Below, one piece after another: positions 50,291 to 63,949 of a stretch of 64,000 bases of DNA. Location of the stretch: NCBI GenBank assembly GCA_024679065.1, contig JAGIQG010000001.1, positions 126,046,001-126,110,000 on the forward strand, written 5' to 3'. The first letter of the stretch is position 1. Every line of letters starts with the position of its first letter. This DNA comes from Sphyrna mokarran. Its lineage: Eukaryota. Under the pieces are notes generated by a model that saw only the letters and a list, made by a program, of their open reading frames with translations, had not been told where the DNA came from and did not search any database. Both the position numbers and the translations under genes were made by a program.

Positions 50291-51674
50291 CTATTCCTCT
50301 CCTCTCTCTGCCAATGATTACAATGGCCCAAATTCTGAAAGAAACAGAAGGGGATCCTGTGGAAGTCCTGGCCCAGGGACCAGTATATGAATTGCTGGGA
50401 AATTTTAACTTCCGATAGGCAATTCCCTTCTGAGTTAATAATTACGCAGAGAATGTTAGGCAAATTAAACCTGGCCTAATATCTATTTAAGTCCACAACA
50501 ACACACAACTATCTCCCACCCTGATCTGACCTGACCACCTGCTCACCCATTCAAAGACTGGATCTTTAAATACTTAAGAGTGTGGTATCTGGTGCTACTA
50601 AAATGGGATGTCTTGTTCTCCTGACTCAACTCTTCTCACTTGGGTTAGAAGAGGATGCTGCCTTCTGTATTTCTTTTTCATCTGGGATCAAGAGATTCTG
50701 GAAGAAATGGGCAGTAGAATTGAGTCAGAAAAATTTTTTACATGATGGAAGATTCAGGGTAGTGTTTTTTTTTAAAGAAGTCCTTTGCTTGTTGCTCTCA
50801 TTCTTTTCTCACTTCCGTGATCGTTTCCTTGGTCATCCTTTTGAGTTCTAAAATCATTCAAATTTTCATACTTATTATCTCATCCTAACTTTAACTCTCT
50901 CATTTGACATTTTGGACTACTTTGCCTTTTATTTCTTTAACATATTTGCAAATTGTGAATTAATTCCAAAATGATAGCCATTGCTTCTCTACAATAATAT
51001 CTTTAAATATAATTTCCAATTTATCTTGTCAACTTCTTTCTTGTACCTATGTAATTTACTTCAATCAGATTTAAGGCATAATCAGTTTCAGACATACATA
51101 AATTTTCCTGCTCAAAGTCTGGGAAGTTCCTTGGTGCCATCAGAGAGCTATCTTAGATGCTCACTTAAATGAGGCTAGAAATACCCAAAGTAACAAGTCT
51201 ATTAGAAGATGTTGGGATGTGATCTTTTTGATCACTTGAACATCACCTCTGCATTCAGTGAGCCAAGATGTTGGGTTTCAATTAACACATCAGCACCTAA
51301 TGTTTCCGCTGCCATATTCCCCAGTGAAGCATTAGTCCTTCTGAACTGGAAGCCATTTTTTTCATCTATAAGATGCAGAAGATTATTTTACTGGTTCTCC
51401 AATCAGCCATTTTCAGTGAGAAATTGTGCCTGAAAAGAGCATTAATTGGGACTTGGTTCTTTTGAATGCAACAAACTCAACTCCAGACCTGGAACTTTAT
51501 GGGTGTTTTTGATGACATCTTGATTAGTTATAATAATTTAACAACTACATTTTAAAAAATGTACATAGTGTCAGATACCAACTACTAAATAATTATAAAT
51601 TGCAAACTACTTAAATGATCATTTTCTGTTTCTGTGCAATGTCAAACAATTGCAAATTCCATTATTTTTTCCAG

Positions 51675-51770
51675 GGAAAACGTCAAAATCCTCAAGCTAC
51701 TGGACTGACTTGTCACACAAGTTAGAGGAATGTGATGTAGGCTCAGCTGCAGGAAAGCAAGAAGGCCCAG
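51675..51770 (+). CDS. SH3TC1: Candidate SH3TC1 internal exon (GKTSKSSSYWTDLSHKLEECDVGSAAGKQEGP)
   Basis: TTATTTTTTCCAG acceptor, CAG|GTGAAT donor, 96 nt, phase 1-1, open in the required frame. No recognisable homology. Confidence 0.5.
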
Positions 51771-53107
51771 GTGAATACCAAATGCATAAGAATAATTATA
51801 GTTTGAGTCTGGAGTGGCTACTAGTGTAAGACTATCAAGGGACAGAAAATGGATGGGACCTAGAAACACCAGTTCTTTGCCCTGCAGACAACCAGGAATC
51901 ATCACTGCTGAGGATGGGAACAGATAGAAGAACTATTAATGACCTTATGCATGAAATGGAGTTGAGATTATTTCATCCATTAAATTCCTTGCAGCTTTTA
52001 TCGCCTTGCCCTAATCATTCAATAAGAGACAGACAAGGTACTGGTGCCCAGGTTAGTGGATTGGAGGAAGCGGTGTCCTCAAGTGTGTTCCAGGATGCCA
52101 CCCAGTCCTGAATGAGGAATGTTGCATAGTTTAAGTTGCCCCTTTGACCAAGGAGTTAATTTCAGTGAGCTTTCAAATATTTTGATGTATTTGGTTTTCT
52201 TTCCACAGCTGCAAGTGCCTTGCCCATCGAATGCTAAAATTGGCACGATTAGCCAGTTCCTTCATATTAATGACTTCCTCTTGGATAGACCAGCACACCA
52301 GGGTCCAAGTCCACCTATGAGGCATGAATCCTGCTTTGCTAGAGTTACGAAAGCAGAGTAGGATTAAAAGGTTTTGACTCCATCTCTTGTAGAAATGATT
52401 CAACCTTTTGTGAAATAACTTGGTGGATTAGGTTGGGTTGCAATAGATTAATGATAAAGTAATTCCAATCAAGATGTAAAATTTAAAAGGAAGAGAAAGC
52501 AATTTGAAATAAAAAAAAATTCTGAAAATATGCAAGTTAAGCCAATAGAATGAATTGAGCTCAGGAGTTCATCAGCAACACAAGCAAGGCATTTGGGTGC
52601 ATGTTTTCCATTTGATAAGTTGAATGGAAAATTTTGAGAGCTCAGCTGATTGCCTGACATGAGCTGCTGGTGGACAATGCTTTCTGCTGATTTCAGCCAC
52701 AGGGACAATTTTAAAATGTCAGTTGGTTTGGTGTGGGATGTTCTGTTAGATTGTGAAAAACTGCATAAAGCAAAGGTGCTTTACTGTTAGCTTTCAAGAA
52801 AGTTGAGAAACCTAGATACCTCTGTGAAAATTTTATCTGTCTCAAAATGAAACTGATTGTAGTTTATTATTATAATTATTGGTTATTTCTCATAAGCGAT
52901 TCTCTTCCAAAGTTAGTTGAGACTGATTTGGGATCTGCAGACTTTATAGCATATTGGGTATTTGTTGACATATGACTGGACATTCCAGATGATATTAAGA
53001 GCCAAAGCTGCCATCTCTTGATCCTCGCCTCGTCAGAAAGCTCTGCCAGGCCCTCTATATGTTGGAAATCCGAGATGGATTCAGGTTTATAACAAGCTCA
53101 AATCACT

Positions 53108-53765
53108 GAGAATCATAGAATCCCTACAGTGCAGAAGGCAGCCATTCAACCCATTGAGTCTGCACCAACCACAATCCCACTTGGTCCTATTCTCATAATG
53201 CCACACATTTAACCTGTTTATCCCCTGACACAATGGCCAATTTATCATGGCCAATCAACCTAATTTGCACATCTTTGGACCTCAAATAATAATCCACAAG
53301 GTCAGAGATGATAGTATGGTACTTAGCACTGCTGTCTCAAAGCACCAGGAGCCCAGATTCAATTCTAACTTCAGGTCACTGTCTGTGAGGAGTCTGCGTT
53401 CTTCTTGTATCTGTATGGGTTTCCTCCCATGGTCCAAAAGACATGCTGATTAGGTGCATTGGCCATGCTATGTTCTCCCTCAGTGAACCCAAACAGGTGC
53501 TGGAATGCAGCAACTAGGAAATTTTCACAATAACTTCACTGCAGTGTTAATATAAGTCTACTTATAACTCTATTAAAAAAAAATTTAAAGGTTTGTGGGT
53601 TAGGTGGATTTGCCATGCTAAATTGCTCCTTAATTTCCAAAATATGTAGTTCAGTGGGATCAGTAAGTTGGGTTACAGGGGTAGGATCTGGGTAAGAAAG
53701 AAAAAGGAGTTGATGCAGACTTGATGGGCCAAATGGCCTCCTCCTGCACTGTAGGGATTCTGTAA
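53108..53765. mobile_element. Cluster of three SINE pieces (minus 3' half; plus alternative-tail copy 53305-53575; plus 3' half)
   Basis: Recognisable heads and both tail types. Confidence 0.8.
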
Positions 53766-54189
53766 GTTCAGGTCATAGTCTTTTTACTAAAATTCTGCTC
53801 TAGTCGCAATTTGCCAGTCACTGACAGGTTTGAAAGCTTAAAAAGAAAGATACTGGTATATGACATATTTTACTTGGGGAAGCCATTGCACACCATCTAC
53901 CATGCATGTCTTGTCAAAATGAAAACTTAGCCAATGGCAAGGAAGTTGACCTGATCACAAGTTTTGTTCTGCTACAACCTTTCTCAGATCAGCCTTTGAG
54001 ATGTCCCAGCTGGTGTGACTTCCTCTGTCTGCTCCTCCATTGAGAATTTGTTTGCCACAGCCCATCTGCTGAGCGTTTCCAGGATTCTGAACATGCCTTT
54101 ACAGTAATCAAAGTGGCCCAGGACATATGGAATCCCACTGAACTTCACTAATGTCTAGTTTGATGGATCTGGGTGATCCATCAGGTTTT

Positions 54190-54505
54190 GTTTTGGTAGT
54201 CTTTGTGGTACTTTGATACAACTGAGTAGCTTGCGAAGCCACTTCAGAGGACGTTAAAGAGTCGATCACATTGCTGAGACTCTAAAATCACATATAGGGT
54301 AGATCAGGCAAGGGCAGCAGATTTCTTTCCCTAAAAAGCATTACTAAACCAGTTGTTTCATGGCTGCTATTATTGAGACTAGCTTTTTAATTCCAGATTT
54401 ATTAACTGAAATAACACCAGCTATAGTGGGATTTGAATCTGTGTCCACAGAGCAGTAGCCTGGGCTTCTGGATTATTGTATGTTCTCACTATGCCACTGC
54501 CTCTT
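54190..54505 (-). mobile_element. Different tRNA-headed SINE-like repeat
   Basis: Minus-strand head GAGGCAGTGGCATAGTG and B-box-like GATTCAAATCCCAC. Confidence 0.55.
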
Positions 54506-55779
54506 CACATAACTAACTTGATCAAATGTAATCACAATGGTGACATTTAATACATTTCATTTTCTTTCAGGACTAGATCAGTCACAGCTGTTATTCAGAT
54601 CTTGTTTTAAAAAAAAATTAAATTGCATTGAACAAGGTGCAAATTTTGTAGGGAGTCTCTAACAATGTGAGAGTGGAAAGAGAGAGTTCTTGCCAAGTCG
54701 ATTGATTTTACAGACTTTTGCCTGTGGGTGGGGGTTAGTGTCCTGAGAATAGAACCCTGTGGGGGTTGGGGGGGGGGGGGGGGCAAAAAACTTCGGAAGA
54801 GGGAAATATGGAGGGCAAAGCCTTGTAAAGTTGTAGATAACTTGCAATGAATCCCATTCTTATTGGAAGGAAGTTTTTGTTATTGGTTAAAGGATGCTAT
54901 GTTAGCTGTCAGTTCTGTTTATATTATAGCTTGTTGATTTGCAGACGTTGTGAATTGTTTGCAACCTTGAAAGGCCGTTTGTGGATAACTCTCAATGTAC
55001 ACTAGCTGTTTATTGTGCTATTGTATTAAGGGTGGCATGTTTATTGTTGATAATGTTGTTTTTATAATTTATTATTGTGAGATTTGTATTGTGGTGTGTA
55101 ATGTATTTTGTATTTGTGAACTCTTTAAATAAGAGTGGGTGGGGGTGAGTGGTGAAGTAGTTAATAACAAACAGCAATTTTGTTACAATCCTCAGATCAA
55201 TAACTTAAAATGAATTTCCCCATGAATAATGCAAGATTTTGTGTTTTAAGACTTCTACCTTAAACTCAAATCAGTATTATTCAGTAGACAGTAAATACAC
55301 TAAATTATAGAGAAGTTATTCCTCATTGCATTCACAATACAACCAAAAGCCCCAGGCCATGATTTAGTCTTGTGTTGTAAGGCTTCAGTCAATTTGACTC
55401 TAACAATACCTCTTCTTCCTGTCCTAGTAGGGTGAACCTTCCAGTGAGCTTTTTAAACAAAGTCCCTTCACTCAATCTTCTAAGCATTATAAAGTAGCAA
55501 GCACCCTTTGGTGACTCCTTGATGTTTAACTCTCCATGTGCCTTTTTTTTCCAACTGCGAATCCATCCTCATCTGCATTCTGATAATTAATCAAGAAATA
55601 GTCCCTTTTTCTTCTGCATGGCACAGAAGTATCTACTGCGGGTCTTCTTCCCAAATCTCTGACTGAGAGCCTGTGAGGCAGTACATTCTTGGACAAGTTG
55701 CTTTCTCCTTTTGTCTCAGTATTTAAACATGCACCTTACTCCAATCAAAACTCATTGAAATTTTCTGTCATCGTGACCG

Positions 55780-56160
55780 ATTTCAGCTATGAAGAGAGGC
55801 TGGTTCAGCTGGAGCTGTTTTACAGGAGAAAAGGCTGAAGAGATCTGATTCAGGTGTACAAAATTATGAGCAATATAGAATAGAAAGGAAGAAATATTTC
55901 CCCTTTTGTAGGGGTGTCAATAATTAAAGAGCATAGATTTAAAGAGGATTTGAACAAAAATCTTTCCATCCAGAGGGTGGTGGGAATCTGGAACTCTCTG
56001 CCTGAGAAGCTGGGAGAGGCTGAAGACTCTCAGCATTTAAATGAGCACTTGAAATATCACAGCATAAAGGCTACAGATCAAGTGTTGGGAAAATGGGATT
56101 AGAGTAATTAAATACTTGACCAGCATAGACATGATGGGCCAAATGACCTTTCTGAACACT
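55780..56160 (+). mobile_element. CR1 3' fragment
   Basis: SYEERL...DLIQVYKIM...QRVVGIWNSLP remnants. Confidence 0.8.
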
Positions 56161-57019
56161 AAAACAGAGTCCCATGGGGGTTTGTCGCCTAGCAGATATT
56201 GTAGGAGGACATAACCCATCTCCAAAGTGTTCCATTTTACCTTGAATTAAAGGAAACAGTTCAAAACATAACTGTGTTTATAAAATTTAAGTTGGCAATA
56301 ATTTCAGGATTTCCACACTAACTTGCATTTGCACTTAATCCTGAAGTTTCAGTCAGATGATTGAGGGGTAATGATGATGAATTGTGACAGTTTGCTGTCA
56401 CTAATTCTGCAAATTCTGGGCTAATATGTTTAGAAGGATTGTACCCATCTCCTGATATTCTTTCTAATTCAATGCATTCTAGTACAGGGTCCAATGGAAG
56501 AAAACAAAGCATCTTTTATGCTTCCTGAAGAGCTATTACATGATCCAACAGGTGAGGATGGTGCACAACTTGTATAGTAGTAACTACATTGTGTGTACAC
56601 TTAGTATAACATATCTGAACGGATACGAGATGGAGAGGTTATGCATTGTATTTCCATCATAGTCTACCATAGTGTAGAATGTAAGCACACAATATGCAGA
56701 GACTTGCACTTAATTCTTCTGTCGAGTTACTTGGTAATGAATAGGAAAGTGCATTCTCAAAAGCTACTGCTTCAAATTTGTCACAAAAAAAACTGCACCT
56801 GAATTAACATACCAAAAAGCCCACCAATTTCTCTTAACAAGCACCACAAGTTTCTTCTGCCACTTTAAATTAAATTGAAGGGTTGTTGCCTTTTCCTATT
56901 CCCTGCTAAACCCACACCAAATAATTACTGCCTTGGCGACAGTTTAGACAAGAGCTGCTGAAGCTATCTTTGAGGCAAATACCACCACCTCAGAAAATAA
57001 CTAGGGAAATCAGAGCTTG

Positions 57020-57325
57020 AACACAGTGATTAGCACTGCTGCTTCAGTGCTAGGGACCTGGGTTCAATTCCAGCTGAGGCCACTATCTGTGTGAAGTTTG
57101 CATGTTCTCCCCATGTCTGCGTGGGTTTCCTCTGGGTGCTCTGATTTCCTTCCATAGTACAAAGATATGTAGGTTAGGTGCATTAGCCATTCTAAATTAC
57201 CCCTTAGTGTCCCAGGCTGCATAGGTTAGAGGGATTACGGGGATAGGGCCTAGGTGAGATTGTTAGTGCAGACTCGATGGGCTGAATGACCTCTTTCTTC
57301 TTCACTGTAGGGTTTCTATCATTCA
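57020..57325 (+). mobile_element. HE1-like SINE (CR1-type tail)
   Basis: GGTTCAATTCC B box, central domain and tail. Confidence 0.85.
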
Positions 57326-58530
57326 TTCTAATTGTCTATTTCTAGCTTTCCTTGAGAAGGCAGTAATGGTCTTTCTATTTGCACCACTGCAGTCCATCAA
57401 ATGAAAATAATCCCACAGATGAAGTGATGATGATGGAATATACGGCACTATCTATCTAGATTGGGATGCTGTGTGACTTGGAGGGATCTTGTGCACGATG
57501 ATGTTTGCATGCACCAGATACATTTGCCCTTCTATGTAGGGGAGAACTTAAGATTATGGCTGATCAGCAGGTGTAAAATTCCATATCGCCCACCTACCCC
57601 TAATAACTTTTGATTCCTTGCCTAATCAACCTCTATCATCATAATATTCAGTGACTCTGCTTCCACTGCCTTCTGAGGCAGAGAATTCCAAGGTCACCAA
57701 ACTTTGAGGGGGAAAAAAAAACTCTTCATTTCTGTCCAGTAAGAGTAATCCCTCATTTTAAAACAGTGTCTCCTAGTTCTGGATTCTCCCCCATTTTGCA
57801 TGTGCTTGCTGTTTGAAAAATCTATCTAATTTGTCTCACTCCCTTACTCTTTTCCTATAGCTGTCCAAATCTTTCCTTTCTAATTTATATCTAAGAATAC
57901 ATAATGAGGCTTGACTAAGAGCCCAGAAATCTATTAGCCTACTGACAGTGTAAGTCTTTTAAAAATGCACTTCTAAGCCCATATCCATCCATCTGCTGAG
58001 CTTCAACTAACATTTGAATTCACTGTCATGCGTTGCATACTTTGCTTGATTTTTGGCTTGGTCACATTTTCCTGTTGAATGGCGGCAAAAACACTCAAAT
58101 GGGAGAGGGAAAAAGAAGGAAGGCAAAAGCAGTTTTTCCATAATTACAGCAGCTATTAATGCATCATGGAGTAACATAAAGAAGACTGCAGTGAGCTCCT
58201 TTTTCCAAGCTACTTTTTTCGTTTGAGGTGCATGTGTATTGCAGAAAAAAAGACAGGGAAATTCAAATGTGGTTCATGAAAGCATACAAAGCCCAAAATT
58301 CCTTTGCAGGGCTGTGGTGCTGTGATATTCCTGATCCTACTGGAGAACAAGAGAAGGTCACATATCAGCATGTTAGTTCTAGCAGGAAACAATTAGTAGG
58401 AACTGACAGTGCAGATAACAATTCCTAAAGTAAAATAGCAGTGGCTAGTAAATACAAACTTGGTGTACATAAAAGAGCAAAGTGCAGTAACTTTGTGAAT
58501 ATTATTACTTGCCTTTTGTTTCTGTGATAG

Positions 58531-58658
58531 ATATTTTACTGAAATTGATAATGAAGCAACAAACAACAGGGCTTCCTGATGTTCAGCTACAGGACAAGCT
58601 GAGAGGAAAGCTGCGCATTCTAGAGAATGACTGTGGAGAGGTCACAGCCCTCTTTAAT
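58531..58658 (+). CDS. SH3TC1: SH3TC1 exon (DILLKLIMK...KLRGKLRILENDCGEVTALFN)
   Basis: AG/GT bounded, phase 1 to 0. Matches remembered human DLTLQLL...LRGQLRLLENDSRE. Confidence 0.92.
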
Positions 58659-58694
58659 GTAAGTGCCAATATAGAAGACTTCCCTCTTTGCATA

Positions 58695-59350
58695 TCAGGC
58701 CAATTATCATCTCAGTCATCAGCATGGAAAGGGTCAGCAACAATACTATCAAGCAGTACTTACTTAGCAATAACCTGCTCACTGCACAGTTTGGGTTCTG
58801 CCAAGGTCACTCTTATCTCATTACAGCTTTGGTTCAAGTATGGCTCAAAGAGCTGAACTCCACAGGGGAGGTGAAAGTTTGACATTGAGAGTTTTCGATT
58901 GAATATGGCACGAAGAAGCCCTGGCATAGGTGGAGGCAATGGAAATCATGGCTGGGTGGGGGGAAGCATGCTACTAGCTGGAGTTGTACCTTGCACAAAA
59001 GAAGATAGTTATGGTTGTTAAGAGGCCAATCCTTTCAGTTCCAGGACATCACTGATGGGGTTGCTCAGGATACTGGCCTGAGCACACTTGTCTTCAAATG
59101 CTTCATCAATGACCTTCCTTCCAATATAATGTCAGAAGTGCGATGCATGGTGCTCTGCACTATTCACACATCTAAAACCAAACCCATGCCTAAACTATCA
59201 ACATCCTGGGATGCCACTGACCAAAAACTCTACTGGACTAGCCATATAAATACTGTTGGTAGCAGAGTAGGAGAAAGGATAGGAATCCTACAATCACTAA
59301 CTCCCCACAATCCCTCCATCATCTACAAGGCACAAGCCAGGAGTGGAAAA
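58695..59350 (+). mobile_element. Degenerate CR1-clade RT in SH3TC1 intron
   Basis: NNLLTAQFGFCQGHS, GVAQ...FKCFINDLPS, IYKAQ remnants. Confidence 0.75.
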
Positions 59351-61496
59351 TGAATAGGGAATGGAAAACACATGCGGTTGAACATCTGTCCTCTTGATGT
59401 GACCCTGAAATTTACTGAGGGATCCCAACTAGCATATCTGAGCATGTACCAGCCCTTGCCACAGGCCCATCACTCTTTTTGAAAGGAGTGGCTGTTCCTG
59501 ATTCTCCTCTTTCAACTTTCAAAGTATCCTCCCCAGGATTCCTCGACTCAGATTTTTCAAAAAGCTGGTGTTGGGACCTGTGTGGAGATCCCCTGAGGCC
59601 TGGTATGCCTGAGTTAGGGATCAGGAACAACTGAAGAATAGAAGTAAGTTGCAAGTATGAACTACTTCCTTAATTTTTCTTGTGTTTCCAGAGGATCCTT
59701 GGGCTTCGGCCTTCCAGCTGCTATTCTCTTTATCTAATTAATTGCCCTCAGCCCTTATAAAATCCTTAATCAAAAAGCAGAAAACTGTATTTCAGATTTC
59801 CAGTATCCAAACAGAAAATGCTGCAAATGTTCTGCAGGTTAGCCAGCATCTCCAGAAAGAGAAACAGGAGCAAACATTTCGAGTCTGACCTTTATCAAGT
59901 CTGTTTTATTCTGTATACTACCTTACCTTTTTTTCCAGTTATTTTTAGCTAAGCAGCTACAGCTGCTCTACCCGCTCATCTGCACACTAGCTTCTCACTA
60001 TAGTGCTGTTCCTTCGTTTTATCTATTTAGACAATGCAATCCGCTATACTAGCACTTCTGACATGTTATCTTTTTATCTTAGTTAAGGATTCTGCACATG
60101 ACCAGCATGGTTGACTGGGCCCTCCACCATTTCTGATCTATTTCATGCTCTTCTACTTTGACCCCTTCCTAAACCATGGTAAGGTTCTGCATGTCTTTGC
60201 CTTCCGTGCAATTGATCTTTGGATAAGTAACTCCAACTCCAGCTTGATGCCACCATTGCAAACCTCTTTCCCACACATCTTTCAGTATTCGGAAGGCCCC
60301 ATTTCCTCTCCAACACCTTGGTCCATTCTTCAGTTACTCACAATAACCCCTCCCTTTACTATAATACAGTTCCTATTGTTTGTCATTTTAATTCTCCATC
60401 TTTTTCTGTTATTGGGAAAATGCTCGAATGTGTCATTTGAGAGGAGGTGGCATGGCATATGAGAATCATAATAATCAGGCAGAATCAGCATGGTTTTGTG
60501 AAAGGACAATTGTGTTGGACAATCTGACTTTTTGAGGATGTAACAAATGAGGCGGATAAAGTAGAATGACTAGGTTGGAGTATATTTGGATTTCCAAATG
60601 ACGAGCACATTGTATTAGGGTTTTTGTTAAATAGTTTATTTTTCATGACTGGTTAGTTGCTTCAATCATTTTGAAGCTTTTCTATCTGGGGGCTCCTTAC
60701 AAATGTTGACAGGTTCCTAAAGACGATTGATGCATTTTTGTGAACTATGGTTACAACTCTTTGCTCTTGCTTTTGAATTAAAATATTAGTTGCCCAAAGG
60801 AAATATTGATGTAAAGTATTTGTATTAGTTAGCAGCATGTGTTTGAGTCAAGTATTGTAAATACTGTGTGTTTTCCATTTGAAAGAAAATAAAGAAAGCT
60901 ATTACATTGCCTAATTACACTGGTTTCTGGAAGATTTTACATTTATGTAAATAAGTTTCAGTGGCACTCTAAACATAACCTAATAAGCATGATTTTAGAT
61001 GCGGTTGTCTGGCGATGCCAAAACAAGAGCGTGACTATACCATTTTGTTTCCTCCTCATATATAGAACCTACTCTATGTAGGACATTGCACATGAATGAA
61101 TTACTGAAGTTCTTTCTGTCCAAAGCTAAAGGCAGTTCCTTGGCTCAATGGCTGCCGGTACTTCATCCTGCCAATTTTTTTTTTTTTTTTTGTTGAAATT
61201 TTGTCAGTGCTTGTTTACCAGTGCCTTCCACTCTTAGAAGCAAGGCAGAAAATCCCATGTCTATCTTAGTTGGAATGGGAATCAAACCCATGCAAATGAC
61301 CTTGCTTTGAACACATGCTAGACATCCAGGCAACTAGGCTAACCAACACCATGTGATGTTGGAAAGTTTATGTAATTGATTATGTTTCTTTTTCGACTTG
61401 GCTTTCTGTAGAAAATATGCTTTGGTTTACGAATATTGCACTATATTTACATAAGTCAGCATTCTATCATGCATCATCTGCTTTGTAGTTACATAA

Positions 61497-61649
<153 letters not shown>

Positions 61650-61845
61650 TGAGGTGATTCTTTACAGTCCAAGTTTTGAAGAAATGCATTAAAAGAAATA
61701 TAGTTTACATATATAAACATTGCAAATTGTATTTTTAAATCTCTGTTGCGGAGGTCTGTTGATATCAATAAGTAGAAAATAGTGATAGGTTACTATATCA
61801 ATTGCATGCACTTCTTAACCTGCAATTACAATTTCTGCTGTTTAG

Positions 61846-61989
61846 GTTTTGTTGGCCACTGTATGGAGAACCTACTATTAGATCAAGGCTTTTGGCTGAA
61901 TTCTCTTGATGAAGAGGATGCCAGGATTGAAGTGCAGATAAATGAAGAGTCTGTCCAAATGATGTGCAAAAGTCTCCTTTTACAGGAAG
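61846..61989 (+). CDS. SH3TC1: SH3TC1 exon (GFVGHCMENLLLDQGFWL...KSLLLQE)
   Basis: TTTAG acceptor, G|GTGAG donor, phase 1-1, clear homology. Confidence 0.96.
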
Positions 61990-62996
61990 GTGAGAATTAG
62001 TTACCCTGAATTGCATTTAAACTTGGAAAGAACTAACAAATTCAACAACTTGCTTTTATTGAATGCCCTCATCATCAATCAAAATTTGACATTAAGCCAC
62101 ATAAATTGTTATGACTTAGAAATTGTTCAAAGAGAGAACTTGTAGGGACCATTTTGAAGTGGGAGAGAAGAGAAATAGAGAGGCGAAGAGATTTAGGAAG
62201 GGAATTCTATGATTTAGGGCCATGATGGAGCTGTGAACATTGAGAATATACAAGCTGTCACAGCTGGGATGGGTTAGATATGAAGGGATTTAAAAATCAG
62301 GATAAGGATTTTAAACTGGTAAAGAATGTAGGTTCTGAACCTCACTAATACTGAATACCTGAAATGGAAACTCTCTCAATCTCTTAGTGCCGACATGAGC
62401 ATAATCTTATTAAATTAGACATTTTAAGTAGCACTGGAGCTATTGGACCTCAGATAACCTATTCTTGTTACTGTAAGTTCATATTTTCAAAACTGTCCAA
62501 GTTGTGAATTCCTTATTGAAAACCAAAGTATCCAAAGTCTATGACCCTTCTGGTGAACCTACATTCACCATGAACAAGGCCATCTTTATCAGAATGGGAC
62601 TTGAGAAGAAGGAATGTGACAACTAAGGCCAGTGAACACCTTTTTGCAGGCTGTGGTCCTGTCAAGTCTGGTGATCTCCACTGGAATAACTCATCTATCT
62701 TATTAAATGGATACAACAGTAAACTAAAATAACAGTGGGATTCACTGCAATCCCTGTATCATGGTTCTCATGATTTTCTGTCCTGGTGCTATCGGTGAGA
62801 TTTCCCATTGACTCCATCCCATGCTGCTAGGAAACCCACAATGGGGATGCACCATTGGTAGCGGGACCAGAAGATCCCACTGTGACCAGCCTGTTAAGTT
62901 CTGACCAATATCTCCTGGACTCCCCACACTATGGCAGGATCAGAAGTGAAAGTCACCAAATGTTTGTAAGTTCACATTACTTTTTTTTCCCTTCAG

Positions 62997-63186
62997 GAGT
63001 ATTTTTTGTCAATCATCCATTCCGTCTTCAGAAAAGTGAAGGCAATGACCAGGAACCCAAACAGAATGATCTTATTGTTATTGACGATGCAAAATGTAGT
63101 TCCAAATGGTCGGGAAAGTCTCTGGTCAGTGGAAAGAAGGTTTTGGTTCCAAAGTCACAAGTGGAGCTTCTCATCCCTTTTCATCA
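62997..63186 (+). CDS. SH3TC1: SH3TC1 exon with SH3-like segment (GVFFVNHP...WSGKSLVSGKKVLVP...LIPFHQ)
   Basis: Polypyrimidine-CAG acceptor, CA|GTAGGT donor, phase 1 to 2. Ends in the conserved LIPFHQ. Confidence 0.93.
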
Positions 63187-63875
63187 GTAGGTCTCAGAAT
63201 TTTTTTGTTTCATTAAAATAATGAACTTGCAGGGAGAGATTGGGAATGCTACAGCAAGTAAATTTGTCTTCTGACTCCTCAAAGCCTGTCCACCATCTTG
63301 ATGGCAAAAATTAGAAATGTGGTGGAATTCTCTTCACTTGTTTAGCTAAGTGCAGTTTCAACAACACTTAATAAGCTCACCACTATCCAGAACAAAACAA
63401 TTCCCACGATCAGCACCCCATCCGCTACCTCTTAACGTTCACTCTCCACTGCCTGTGCACAGTGACAGCAATGTATGCTACCTATAAGATACGCTGAAAC
63501 AACTCACCAAGCTGCTTTCCACAACATCTTCCAAACTTGTGATCTCTATCACCTATAAAACAAAAATAGCTGACACACGGGAACGTTACCTGCAAGCTTT
63601 CCTCTGTCACCTTTGCTTCCATATGGCCGTCTCTCATATCATATATCATCTCAGCGTTTGGTAGCTCTCAATTTTTCTCTTATTTATTGCTATGAGCAGA
63701 AAATTGCAGAAAGGCAAGAGAAAAGTGTAAAACTCTGTATTGGAACCTAAAGTTATACTTTCTCACGTGAATTTTATAAATGTGGATATATTTTATAAGC
63801 TGACAAGAATATTCTGGCTCAAGGTTAATTATATGGGCTGAATAATTTTGTACGAGGATTTTTGTCTGTTTTTAG

Positions 63876-63949
63876 ATGGTTTTTCAAAGGGTACGGTGAT
63901 GGCCTCGGTGCATGGAACAACACGGCAGCAGAATTTTCTAATCCACTTG
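63876..63949 (+). CDS. SH3TC1: SH3TC1 exon (WFFKGYGDGLGAWNNTAAEFSNPL); gene continues beyond window
   Basis: Completes PFHQ-W across a phase-2 intron. G|GTAAGT donor. Confidence 0.92.

Noticed and set aside
54660-55130. Possible second Tx1-like 3' end with poly-G and GT-rich UTR
   Set aside because: Only a short ambiguous peptide resemblance, too weak to call.
58228-58428. Possible extra SH3TC1 exon after TTGCAG at 58244
   Set aside because: The phase-1 frame needed for splicing hits a stop within 12 codons, and there is no homology.
58659-58856. ORF extension beyond the SH3TC1 exon
   Set aside because: Read-through past a consensus GTAAGT donor into an intronic CR1 fragment.
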